Of a stretch of 58,830 nucleotides of DNA, positions 51,070-58,830 are shown one piece after another (position 1 is the first letter of the stretch; every line of letters begins with the position of its first letter). The DNA is from Patescibacteria group bacterium. GTDB lineage: Bacteria > Patescibacteriota > Patescibacteriia > UBA2591 > JABMQE01. The notes beneath the pieces are model-generated. The model was not told the origin of the DNA. It ran no database searches and saw nothing but the letters and a program-made list of their open reading frames with translations. The stretch is taken from positions 1-58,830 of the forward strand of contig JAHIMF010000062.1 in the NCBI GenBank assembly GCA_018896645.1, given 5' to 3'. Made by a program: the position numbers and the translations under genes.

Positions 51070-51729
51070 ATGGAGTCCTATAAAACAAAAACAAAAAATA
51101 AAATGAAAAATTTGCTTGCCAAGATACGTTTTTTCGTATCTAAAAACATCCCTCAGCTGCTCAACTTCCCTCGGCATCGAATGCCCGTCATCGAGATGAG
51201 CTCGTCGATAAGTCGGTTTCTGAATATAGCGAAAAACAAAAAGATTATCCAAATTATCTCTATTATTTTAAGTGTTGAAATAGCGCTCTTTGGGGTGCTT
51301 TTTTTAGTTCCTAGTGTTGCTTATCTTTCTCAAGTCGATGCCGAGCATATAATTCAATTAACCAATAGCGAACGAACAAAATATAATCTGCCGCCGCTTA
51401 CAGCCAATGAACAGCTCACCCTGGCCGCTGAAAACAAGGCCAAGGATCTCCTGGCAAGGCAATATTTTAGCCACACAACTCCAGATGGAAAGGTATTCTC
51501 GGCTTGGATCAAAGGGGCGGATTATGAATATTCTTATGCTGGGGAAAATTTAGCCATTGGTTTTGTTACTAATCAAGGCGTGGTTGATGCCTGGATGCGG
51601 AGCGGCAAGCATCGAGCCAACATCTTGGGCAGCCAATACCAAGAAATCGGCCTGGCAGTCATTACTGGCCAGTTCAATGACCAGGAAACAACCATTATTG
51701 TGCAAACCTTTGGCAAACCAAGAAGATAG
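51070..51729 (+). CDS. CAP/SCP (YkwD-like) domain secreted protein
   Basis: 'NSERTKYNLPPL...AENKAKDLLARQYFSHTTPDG...GENLAIGF...VDAWMRSGKHRANIL'. The true start may be an internal Met (for example 51196). Confidence 0.7.
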   Translation: MESYKTKTKNKMKNLLAKIRFFVSKNIPQLLNFPRHRMPVIEMSSSISRFLNIAKNKKIIQIISIILSVEIALFGVLFLVPSVAYLSQVDAEHIIQLTNSERTKYNLPPLTANEQLTLAAENKAKDLLARQYFSHTTPDGKVFSAWIKGADYEYSYAGENLAIGFVTNQGVVDAWMRSGKHRANILGSQYQEIGLAVITGQFNDQETTIIVQTFGKPRR

Positions 51730-51836
51730 TTTTTGGGTGTTCCCCTACTCTCATTTTATTAGCAATCTGAATTACGAAATTTCTAATTCAAAATAATATC
51801 AGCCTCAGCTAAAGTCAGATAAGCGCTCCGTCGCTA

Positions 51837-51870
51837 CAGCTTTGGAGCGTCGGCGACCTCTGGCTGGAAT
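51837..51870. repeat. REP family 1 copy
   Basis: CAGCTTTGGAGCGTCGGCGACCTCTGGCTGGAAT. Confidence 0.7.
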
Positions 51871-52217
51871 AATAATTAATAAGGAAGAAACTTATGAACC
51901 CAAAAATTCGCGCCTTCCTGACAAAAAAACAACGAGCAGGAGAAATTTATAATATTCGCGGCTCACCATAATTTTTAAAAACAGTAGGCCCTGTACCAAA
52001 GTGTCGCCTGTTGGTGGCATTAAACCCCAAACCTGATGCGGTACAGGGTAAATAATCGCTCTTTTCTTAAAACGCCAAAGTAAGGAAAGCTCTTTAACAA
52101 TTCAATATCTAATCATCTTTTAAAACTAACCCCCAATAAAATAAGGCATGGGACTACCTCTTTTTGAGGGGGAAAAGCCCTGTACCATTATAAGTACAGG
52201 ATAAACAAAAACTAATT

Positions 52218-52739
52218 CTAACATCTCGTTGGGATTAGTTTTTTTATAATAAGGGCGAATATTATACCAAGGATTGCGCCCGCAAAAATATCACCGGGAT
52301 AGTGAACCCCAACATATACCCGGGATAGGGCAATCAAAGCCGCCCCAACTAAAAACCAAATGCCAATTTTCTTGTTGTACAAAAAAATTGTACAGGCCAG
52401 AGCAAAGGCAATTGTAGTGTGATCCGAAGGAAAAGATTTGCCTGCAAACAACTGTTCAATTAATTTGTTCACCTGGAAACTGACATAAGGACGAGGCCGA
52501 TAAAAAAATAAGCCCAAACCACGCGCCATCCCCCAGCCCAGTAGCCCTGCCAGCACTGCGCGAGCCGCATTCATCCTAGTCAATATTGCCCCTTGCTTGT
52601 GCGGCGGCAAAAATCCTAAAGCCAAAATTAAAAAAATCATCAACCAAATAGCGTAGGATGCAAAAAAGATTCCCAAAAAATCCAGGACATCATTCTTGCC
52701 GGCTAAGTTGTTGATGAGTTGGAAGAGTTGTAAGTCCAC
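52218..52739 (-). CDS. PAP2-family phosphatase (BcrC-like undecaprenyl-diphosphatase candidate)
   Basis: 'KSFPSDHT' and 'SRVYVGVHYPGD' motifs. Confidence 0.8.
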   Translation of the reverse strand: MDLQLFQLINNLAGKNDVLDFLGIFFASYAIWLMIFLILALGFLPPHKQGAILTRMNAARAVLAGLLGWGMARGLGLFFYRPRPYVSFQVNKLIEQLFAGKSFPSDHTTIAFALACTIFLYNKKIGIWFLVGAALIALSRVYVGVHYPGDIFAGAILGIIFALIIKKLIPTRC

Positions 52740-52847
52740 TCTACGATTTATTATTTATTATTTATTATTTACTATTTATTATTCTTTCGTTCAGTACTTT
52801 TTCTCTCTTCCATATCCTACGATGAATAATAAATAGTAAATAATAAA

Positions 52848-53714
52848 TTACAACTGACACTCTGAACAAAAATGCGTTCCCCGGCCATTCAACTTAATCT
52901 TCTTAATCGTCCCGCCACACCGTTTACACCTCTCCCCTCCCCGTCCATAAACTTTTAAATGTGAAGTATAACCACCTTGGCGACCACTGGCATCAACATA
53001 AGTATCAACCGAAGTGCCGCGAAGAGCAACAGCGGCCTTTAATATTTTTTTGATGCCCTGCTCAAGTTTTTTTATCTCCTCGTGTTTTAAGGTTCTGACC
53101 AAGCGCGTTGGGCGGATACCCGCGTAAAAACACGCTTCGTCTGCATAAATATTGCCTATACCCGCAATATTTTTTTGATCCATTAAAACTTTTTTAATGT
53201 TCTGGCGTCCCTTTTGAGCTAAAATCTGTTTAAACTTCTCTAAAGTAAAACCCTTATTCAAAGGTTCAATACCAAATTCTGAATCTAAGAAACTTTTAAC
53301 CTCGGACTTACTCATTATATTCATCCAGCCAAACTTGCGCAAATCATTAAAAAATAAATGGCTGCCATCGCTGAATTTAAAGATTATATGGGTAAACTTG
53401 TTTGGTAAATTTACTAAACCTCGAGGCACCGGATGACCGCCCGCTGTCAGTTTGCCAAATTTATCACGAAAAATTAATTGACCAGTGAGCTTCAGGTGAA
53501 TTAGTAATACTTTATTACTGTCTAATTCTATTAATATTAATTTGGCTCGCCGACCCACCTGCTTCACCTTCTGGCTAGTAACCTCTCGCTGGAATTGTTT
53601 AATAGACAACTTAACCAGTTTAGCCCCCCTAACTTCCACTGATTTAAACTTTTTACCTTTGATTTTTTTGTTGAGATCTCGGGCGATTGTCTCAACTTCG
53701 GGAAGTTCTGGCAT
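52848..53714 (-). CDS. mutM: formamidopyrimidine-DNA glycosylase
   Basis: 'MPELPEVET' and C-terminal zinc finger CKRCGG...HFCSECQ. Confidence 0.93.
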   Translation of the reverse strand: MPELPEVETIARDLNKKIKGKKFKSVEVRGAKLVKLSIKQFQREVTSQKVKQVGRRAKLILIELDSNKVLLIHLKLTGQLIFRDKFGKLTAGGHPVPRGLVNLPNKFTHIIFKFSDGSHLFFNDLRKFGWMNIMSKSEVKSFLDSEFGIEPLNKGFTLEKFKQILAQKGRQNIKKVLMDQKNIAGIGNIYADEACFYAGIRPTRLVRTLKHEEIKKLEQGIKKILKAAVALRGTSVDTYVDASGRQGGYTSHLKVYGRGGERCKRCGGTIKKIKLNGRGTHFCSECQL

Positions 53715-53834
53715 GTCTTACAATTTATTATTTAATAATTTATTATTTATTATTCTTTAAGTTGCCTTCCATGTTTGAAAAATACTAAGGCGGTCAAAAA
53801 AAAATAAATAATAAATAGCTAAATAATAAATAAA

Positions 53835-55403
53835 TTATATCAAGGGCTGTCCAGTTATTTCCTTTGGCTTCTCTATTCCTATTATTTTTAAAATCGTTGG
53901 CGCCACATCAGCCAATACTCCAGATGGAGCGGCCAAAGTTAAATCCGGCTTTTCATTATTTGTTCCGGATCTAAAAAAATCTTTACCCACGATAATGCAG
54001 GGCACAGGATTGGTGCTGTGCTCTTTATCAATATTACCTGTTTGGAGATTCACCATCTCTTCAACATTACCGTGGTCTGCCGTAATAACCGCCACCCCAT
54101 CTTGGGCCAGCAATGCCTTAACAACTCGGTCCAAACAAACATCCACGCATTCCACCGCCTTAACTCCGGCTTTAAAAACGCCAGTATGAGCAACCATGTC
54201 CGGGTTAGCAAAATTAACAATGATAAAATGATAAGTGTTGTCCGCGATGGCCTTAACCAACTTATCTGTTATTTCATAAGCAGACATCTCTGGTTTCTCG
54301 GCATAGGACGGGATGCGAGGCGAGGGGACAAGAATGTTGTCCTGACCTTTAAACGGCTTCTCATTACCTCCCGCGAAAAAAAACGTAACATGCGCATATT
54401 TTTCGGTTTCGGCAACATGAAGCTGTTTCTTGCCAGACTCACTTAATATTTTTGGCAATGGACGATTGATGGTCTCTGGATAAAAAGCAATGTTTACTGG
54501 TAAACCCTTCTCATATTCTGTCATAGTAACAAAAAACAGATTCTTCAAAACTTTCGGCCGGACAAACTCCTTAAAATCAGGAAGAACAAAAGCTTTGGTT
54601 AGTTCCCTGGCCCGATCCTCGCGAAAGTTGAAAAAGATTACTCCATCGTTATCTGTGATTAAGCCAATTGGCTTACCGCTATCGTCTAAAATATTCGTTG
54701 GCACAAATTCTTCATCATAAATTTTTTTAGCATAAGAATCTTTGATTGCCTGCATTGGATCTTTATTAGGTTGATCTGACTTGCCAATGGTCATCGCCGA
54801 GTAAACCCTTTCTATTCTTTCCCAATGGCTGTCTCTGTCCATGGCATAAAAACGGCCAGAAATTGTTGCTATCTCGCCCAAATTATAACCTTTTAATCCT
54901 TCTTGAAGCTGATTTACAAAGTTAATGCCCCTGTTATACTCCGTATCACGGCCATCCAAGAAAACGTGTATATAAAGCTCTTTTATCTTCTGCCTGTTTG
55001 CCAAATCCACCAGAGCAGAAAGATGTTCTATATAGCTATGGACCCCGCCGCTGGAAACCAGCCCCATCAGATGAAGCTTAGAATGGTTTTTCTTAACATG
55101 GGCGCAAACTTCCAGAAAAGCCTTATTAGTAAAAAAATCCCCATTCCAAATGGATTGGGTTATCCGTGGTAATTTTTGATAAACTATCCTACCTGCCCCA
55201 AGGTTCATATGCCCGACTTCAGAATTTCCAGGCTCGCCATACGGCAGACCAACGGCCTCGCCAGAAGCTTGCAAGGTCATGGCTGGATAAAAACTGGAGT
55301 AGGAATCAAAATTTGGAGTCTTGGCAGAAGTCACTGCATTACCAATACTCGGCGGAGCAACGCCCCAGCCGTCGAGAATGATGAGGGCAACGGGTTTGGA
55401 CAT
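53835..55403 (-). CDS. gpmI: 2,3-bisphosphoglycerate-independent phosphoglycerate mutase (copy A)
   Basis: 'LIILDGWG', 'NSEVGHMNLGAGR', 'FANPDMVAHTG' and 'TADHGN'. Confidence 0.93.
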   Translation of the reverse strand: MSKPVALIILDGWGVAPPSIGNAVTSAKTPNFDSYSSFYPAMTLQASGEAVGLPYGEPGNSEVGHMNLGAGRIVYQKLPRITQSIWNGDFFTNKAFLEVCAHVKKNHSKLHLMGLVSSGGVHSYIEHLSALVDLANRQKIKELYIHVFLDGRDTEYNRGINFVNQLQEGLKGYNLGEIATISGRFYAMDRDSHWERIERVYSAMTIGKSDQPNKDPMQAIKDSYAKKIYDEEFVPTNILDDSGKPIGLITDNDGVIFFNFREDRARELTKAFVLPDFKEFVRPKVLKNLFFVTMTEYEKGLPVNIAFYPETINRPLPKILSESGKKQLHVAETEKYAHVTFFFAGGNEKPFKGQDNILVPSPRIPSYAEKPEMSAYEITDKLVKAIADNTYHFIIVNFANPDMVAHTGVFKAGVKAVECVDVCLDRVVKALLAQDGVAVITADHGNVEEMVNLQTGNIDKEHSTNPVPCIIVGKDFFRSGTNNEKPDLTLAAPSGVLADVAPTILKIIGIEKPKEITGQPLI

Positions 55404-55623
55404 AGTTTATTGTTTATCCTTTATCATCTTGAATTAAATTATGGTTAATAAATTATGGTTAATACAATTGTTAATAAATCTGGAGATAATGTCTTTACTG
55501 AAAGCATCGTTCAGGGCGCTTAAAGTCATCATTCTGATTATTTAAGTTGTTAATAAGGTTAATAGGCGAGTTAATAGGGTTAATAAGCGACTCGTCGTCA
55601 TTATTAACTTTATTAACTACTGT

Positions 55624-55655
55624 ATTCCAGCCAAAGGCTGGTCGGCCTTTGGCCG
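55624..55655. repeat. REP family 1 copy between the two gpmI genes
   Basis: ATTCCAGCCAAAGGCTGGTCGGCCTTTGGCCG. Flanked by ATTAAC/GTTAAT word arrays. Confidence 0.85.
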
Positions 55656-55737
55656 AAACTACTTTATTAACAACCATATTAACCACATTAACCACCGTAT
55701 TAACTCCATACGTGTTAAACTTTGCCTAACATTCAAA

Positions 55738-57327
55738 CTACAGCAACCCGCTCCGCGTCATCTCCTTGGGCTTCTCCAGTCCGGCTAATTTCAAAATCGT
55801 TGGCGCTACATCAGCCAATACGCCGCTAGAGGCTAATTTTTTATTTTTAAGTTTATCACCAACCAGAATAAACGGTACGGGGTTAGTGCTGTGTTTAGTA
55901 TCAATCTCGCCAGTTTTTAAATTAATCATCTCCTCAACATTTCCATGATCCGCAGTAACAATCAAGATGCCATTCTGGCGCTTAATTTCCTGATACAGGA
56001 TCCCCACACACTTATCAACCACCTCGCAGGCCTTGACTCCAGCTCTAAGGTTGCCGGTGTGGCCAATCATATCGGGGTTGGCATAATTGAGAGTTATAAA
56101 ATTATAAACCTTATTTTTTAAATTGTCGATTACCGCTCCAGTAAGTTTAGAGGCAGACATTTCTGGCCTTTCATCATAAGATCTAACGGATGGAGACTGG
56201 ATTATTATCCGATCTTCTTTATTAACCGGATCCGGGTAACCGCCATTAAAAAAGTAAGTTACATGGGCATATTTCTCGCTCTCGGCAATATATAACTGCC
56301 GGTAACCGTTCATAGCCATCGGCAGGGTTCCTAATAAGTCGCGGGCAGGAAAAGCGGTCAAAAGATTGCCTAAATCAGGCCCAAAATCTGTCATCGCTAC
56401 AAAAAAAAGATTTTTTAAAATTTTTTTTCTTCGGAAAGCCTTGGGATTTTTTTTATTAAAATCACTCTGAACAAAGCACTTGCTAATCTGCCTGGCTCTA
56501 TCTGACCGCAAATTAAAAAATATAATCGCATCATCGTCTTTAATTAAAACCCGAGGTTTATTGCGCCCTTTAGCGCTATTACTTTTTGCGTCATTCTGGA
56601 TGATCAAACTCGGAGAAATAAATTCATCATTTTCTTCACGGTTATACGCTCGAATGACTGCCTCGTGGGCATTGGAAAAAGAATAGCCCTCGCCTAATAC
56701 CAAAGCATTGTACGCTTTCTCTGTCCTCTGCCAATTCTTCCCGCGATCCATAGCATAATACCGACCCATAATACTGGCGATTTGCTCGTTGGGTTCTAGA
56801 GTAGCCTCCCATCTTTTTAATAACTTGGCAGCAATAAATTTTGGGGAATCACGGCCATCAGTAAAAAAGTGCCAGTACACGCGCTTCACTTTCATTACTC
56901 GCAATAGAGTGATTAAAGCTAAAAGATGGTCTGGATCCATGTGAGCGCTCTGCTGCTCGGAAAGTAAACCCATTAAATGAAGGTCCGAACCATGTTCCTT
57001 GACATGGCTAATCGCTCCCAAAAGAGCAGGGTTTTTAAAAAATATACTGGTGGTTATTGTTTGGCCAATTTCCACGGAATCCTGTTCAACAATCCTGCCA
57101 GCTCCCAAGTTCATATGTCCGGCCTCGCTGTTGCCATCCTGTTTTCCCGGCAAGCCAACCGAGGTCCCATAAGACTGGAGCGTGGTAAAAGGATAATCTT
57201 TAGTCAAAGCATCAATAACCGGGGTCTTGGCTAAAGTAACGGCATTGCCTTTATTCGGCGAGGATAATCCCCAACCGTCAAGAATAGCCAGGACAATCGG
57301 CGAGGGGCAATTTTCAGTCTTAGACAT
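55738..57327 (-). CDS. gpmI: 2,3-bisphosphoglycerate-independent phosphoglycerate mutase (copy B, divergent paralogue)
   Basis: 'LAILDGWG', 'NSEAGHMNLGAGR', 'YANPDMIGHTG' and 'TADHGN'. Confidence 0.9.
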   Translation of the reverse strand: MSKTENCPSPIVLAILDGWGLSSPNKGNAVTLAKTPVIDALTKDYPFTTLQSYGTSVGLPGKQDGNSEAGHMNLGAGRIVEQDSVEIGQTITTSIFFKNPALLGAISHVKEHGSDLHLMGLLSEQQSAHMDPDHLLALITLLRVMKVKRVYWHFFTDGRDSPKFIAAKLLKRWEATLEPNEQIASIMGRYYAMDRGKNWQRTEKAYNALVLGEGYSFSNAHEAVIRAYNREENDEFISPSLIIQNDAKSNSAKGRNKPRVLIKDDDAIIFFNLRSDRARQISKCFVQSDFNKKNPKAFRRKKILKNLFFVAMTDFGPDLGNLLTAFPARDLLGTLPMAMNGYRQLYIAESEKYAHVTYFFNGGYPDPVNKEDRIIIQSPSVRSYDERPEMSASKLTGAVIDNLKNKVYNFITLNYANPDMIGHTGNLRAGVKACEVVDKCVGILYQEIKRQNGILIVTADHGNVEEMINLKTGEIDTKHSTNPVPFILVGDKLKNKKLASSGVLADVAPTILKLAGLEKPKEMTRSGLL

Positions 57328-57546
57328 ATCTAAAAATAATAACAAAAATAAAAATCATAATCCAAATCTACAAATACTACAAATGCTACCAATACTGCGA
57401 GAATTCTATTCGGGGCATTCGCCTGCCCGCCAGAGCCACCTTTTTATATAGATGACTTTAGTTGGTGATTGCACCGTCTAAATCTCTACTGACTTATTTC
57501 AACTGGCTGTGGCAGGCGGGAATACCTTTGTAGATTTGGATTTTGT

Positions 57547-57912
57547 TTATATAAAATTTTTTACTTTAGCAAGAATCTCTTCTCCAGTATAATCAGCTTT
57601 GACCATATACCCGCGAACGCCCAAAGATATCCCCTCAGAAACACTCTCGTCCTTGTCAACATTGGTAAGAAGAATCACCGGAATGTTTTTTGTTTTGCGG
57701 TTCTTTTTCATCCGTCTCAATACTTCTAGACCATCAATTTCAGGCATCAAAATATCAAGGAGGATAAGTTTGGGTTTTATTTTTTCGGCTAACCGCAAAC
57801 CCTTAGCACCATCAGCGGCGACCACCACCTCAAATTCCTGCCTTAAGGTTTTCTCCATTGCATTTCTAAAAAGCTCTTCATCATCAATAAGTAAAATTTT
57901 GGGCTTTTTCAT
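57547..57912 (-). CDS. stand-alone response-regulator receiver protein
   Basis: 'ILLIDDEE', 'LILLDILMPEIDG', 'VILLTN' and 'GYMVK'. Confidence 0.8.
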   Translation of the reverse strand: MKKPKILLIDDEELFRNAMEKTLRQEFEVVVAADGAKGLRLAEKIKPKLILLDILMPEIDGLEVLRRMKKNRKTKNIPVILLTNVDKDESVSEGISLGVRGYMVKADYTGEEILAKVKNFI

Positions 57913-58097
57913 AGAATTTATTATTAATAATTATAGTTATGGGAAATTGATGCTTATTAAATTATAAAACAAAATCCATTGTTAAATTGTTACATTGTTG
58001 CATTGCTCACATCAACCGAAAAACAATTTAACAATTTAACAATATAGCAATGCTCGTATCTTTCTTTGACATCACCAGAGCATTAGTAATATTAGTA

Positions 58098-58475
58098 TTA
58101 CTCCTTCTTGCCTATAAGTTTACCAATCTTATCTATAATATCCTGCAAGTGCACGTCGTCTTTCCTTAAAAAATCATCAGCGCCTAAAAGTTTAGCTTTT
58201 CTCTCCTCTTCCCCCCGACTAAGGCTAGTCAAAACTATCACGGGAATATGCCCGCCCTCATCTTCTGATTTTAATCTCTTTAAGACATCGTAACCATCCA
58301 TTACCGGCATCAAAAGATCCAATAAAATAAGATCTGGGTCCCATTGTTTCACTTTTTTAAATCCCAACTCTCCGTTTTCAGCAGTTTCTACCTCAAACCC
58401 GTTAGTTTTAAGCATGGAGGCAAACATGTGGCGCAATGACTCCTCGTCTTCGATGATTAATACCTTTTTGGCCAT
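58098..58475 (-). CDS. stand-alone response-regulator receiver protein
   Basis: 'VLIIEDEE', 'LILLDLLMPVMDG', 'VIVLTS' and 'DFLRK'. Confidence 0.8.
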   Translation of the reverse strand: MAKKVLIIEDEESLRHMFASMLKTNGFEVETAENGELGFKKVKQWDPDLILLDLLMPVMDGYDVLKRLKSEDEGGHIPVIVLTSLSRGEEERKAKLLGADDFLRKDDVHLQDIIDKIGKLIGKKE

Positions 58476-58712
58476 AAAATTTAATTTAAAAATAATATAT
58501 CTGGAAATGATTTTTATTATTTTTGGCTAATTTTAGCGGGCATTCAATATTTATACTACCGAAGATCATTGAGATCATTACGGTAACACAACTTCGCTCA
58601 ATAACGACCCAGGTCTTCTAATACGGCTTGGGTCAATTTTTATCCAAAAAAATAACAAAAATTATTTCTTTAAAAATGGAATAATAAATAGTAAATAATA
58701 AATAATAAATAT

Positions 58713-58830
58713 TTACCCAGCGGGCAATGTAAAGAAAAAGGTGCTTCCCTTGTCAAGCTGGGATTCCACTCCGACAACGCCGCCATGGGCATCTATGATA
58801 CCCTTGACAATCACCAACCCCAAACCCGTA
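58713..58830 (-). CDS. histidine kinase, 3' end only (HATPase_c G2 box), 5' part outside the window
   Basis: Hand translation gives [38 protein letters not shown]-stop (TAA at 58715..58713). Confidence 0.7.
   Translation of the reverse strand, partial: TGLGLVIVKGIIDAHGGVVGVESQLDKGSTFFFTLPAG

Noticed and set aside
50857-51252. 131-aa minus-strand ORF upstream of pcm
   Set aside because: It overlaps the CAP-domain gene start on the opposite strand and a word-repeat spacer. It has no start context and a low-complexity hydrophobic sequence.
1-58830. Alternative genetic code (TGA read as Gly or Trp, codes 25/4) for the whole genome, prompted by the two in-frame TGAs
   Set aside because: mltG, pcm, hicB and the VirD4-like ATPase end at TGA at the lengths expected from homologues. 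All long conserved genes are free of internal TGA. Both tRNAs in the island have ordinary anticodons (CCA, TGT), not UCA.

Overview
This is a 58.8-kb, AT-rich, gene-dense bacterial chromosome segment with roughly nine tenths of the genes on the minus strand. It uses the standard genetic code: TGA ends mltG, pcm and the VirD4-like ATPase at their expected C-termini, and long ORFs carry no internal TGA. The gene content looks like a small-genome Patescibacteria/CPR-type organism, but that is inference only. Supporting genes are a short HrcA, an archaeal-type UMP-kinase-like gene, a sigma-region-4/HARE-HTH protein, DUF2330, a VirD4-like ATPase with a zinc ribbon, a four-helix-bundle protein, a short TsaB and many orphan mini-ORFs.

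Housekeeping blocks:
- mnmA and uppP.
- A fragmented heat-shock locus: hrcA (perfect CIRCE), translin-like gene, grpE, hsp20, dnaK, a 6-gene insert, dnaJ.
- A dcw cluster: mraZ (operator repeats), DUF2330 and lipoprotein insert, rsmH, ftsL, ftsI, murF.
- rplJ-rplL with a leader, then mltG, a manC-like gene, pcm, PAP2, mutM and two tandem gpmI paralogues.
- tRNA-Glu, tRNA-Trp and tRNA-Thr.
- Two receiver proteins and the 3' end of a histidine kinase.

Accessory content: Phd/RelE, PIN and HicBA toxin-antitoxin modules, a type II R-M pair (HNH nuclease plus methyltransferase), a RAYT-type transposase remnant, and scattered small GC-richer ORFs.

Observations I rate highest:
1. A plus-strand GC-rich island (34.9-36.5 kb) holds a promoter, a long leader, a Cys/His-rich orphan ORF, two tRNAs and about 370 nt of unclassified structured RNA with its own terminator.
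2. A 2-kb TA cassette array is bracketed by 53-bp direct repeats of the MFS gene 3' end, and its cassettes are separated by a 23-nt motif.
3. Intergenic regions share one architecture: locus-specific AT-rich 'word' inverted repeats enclosing GC-rich palindromic repeat families. The same sequence types are also inserted in frame in mnmA, rsmH and the UMP-kinase-like gene.
4. Two accessory genes carry in-frame TGA codons.
5. Small GC-richer genes have strong GGAGG sites, while housekeeping genes have essentially none.

I found no CRISPR array, rRNA, integrase or reverse transcriptase.
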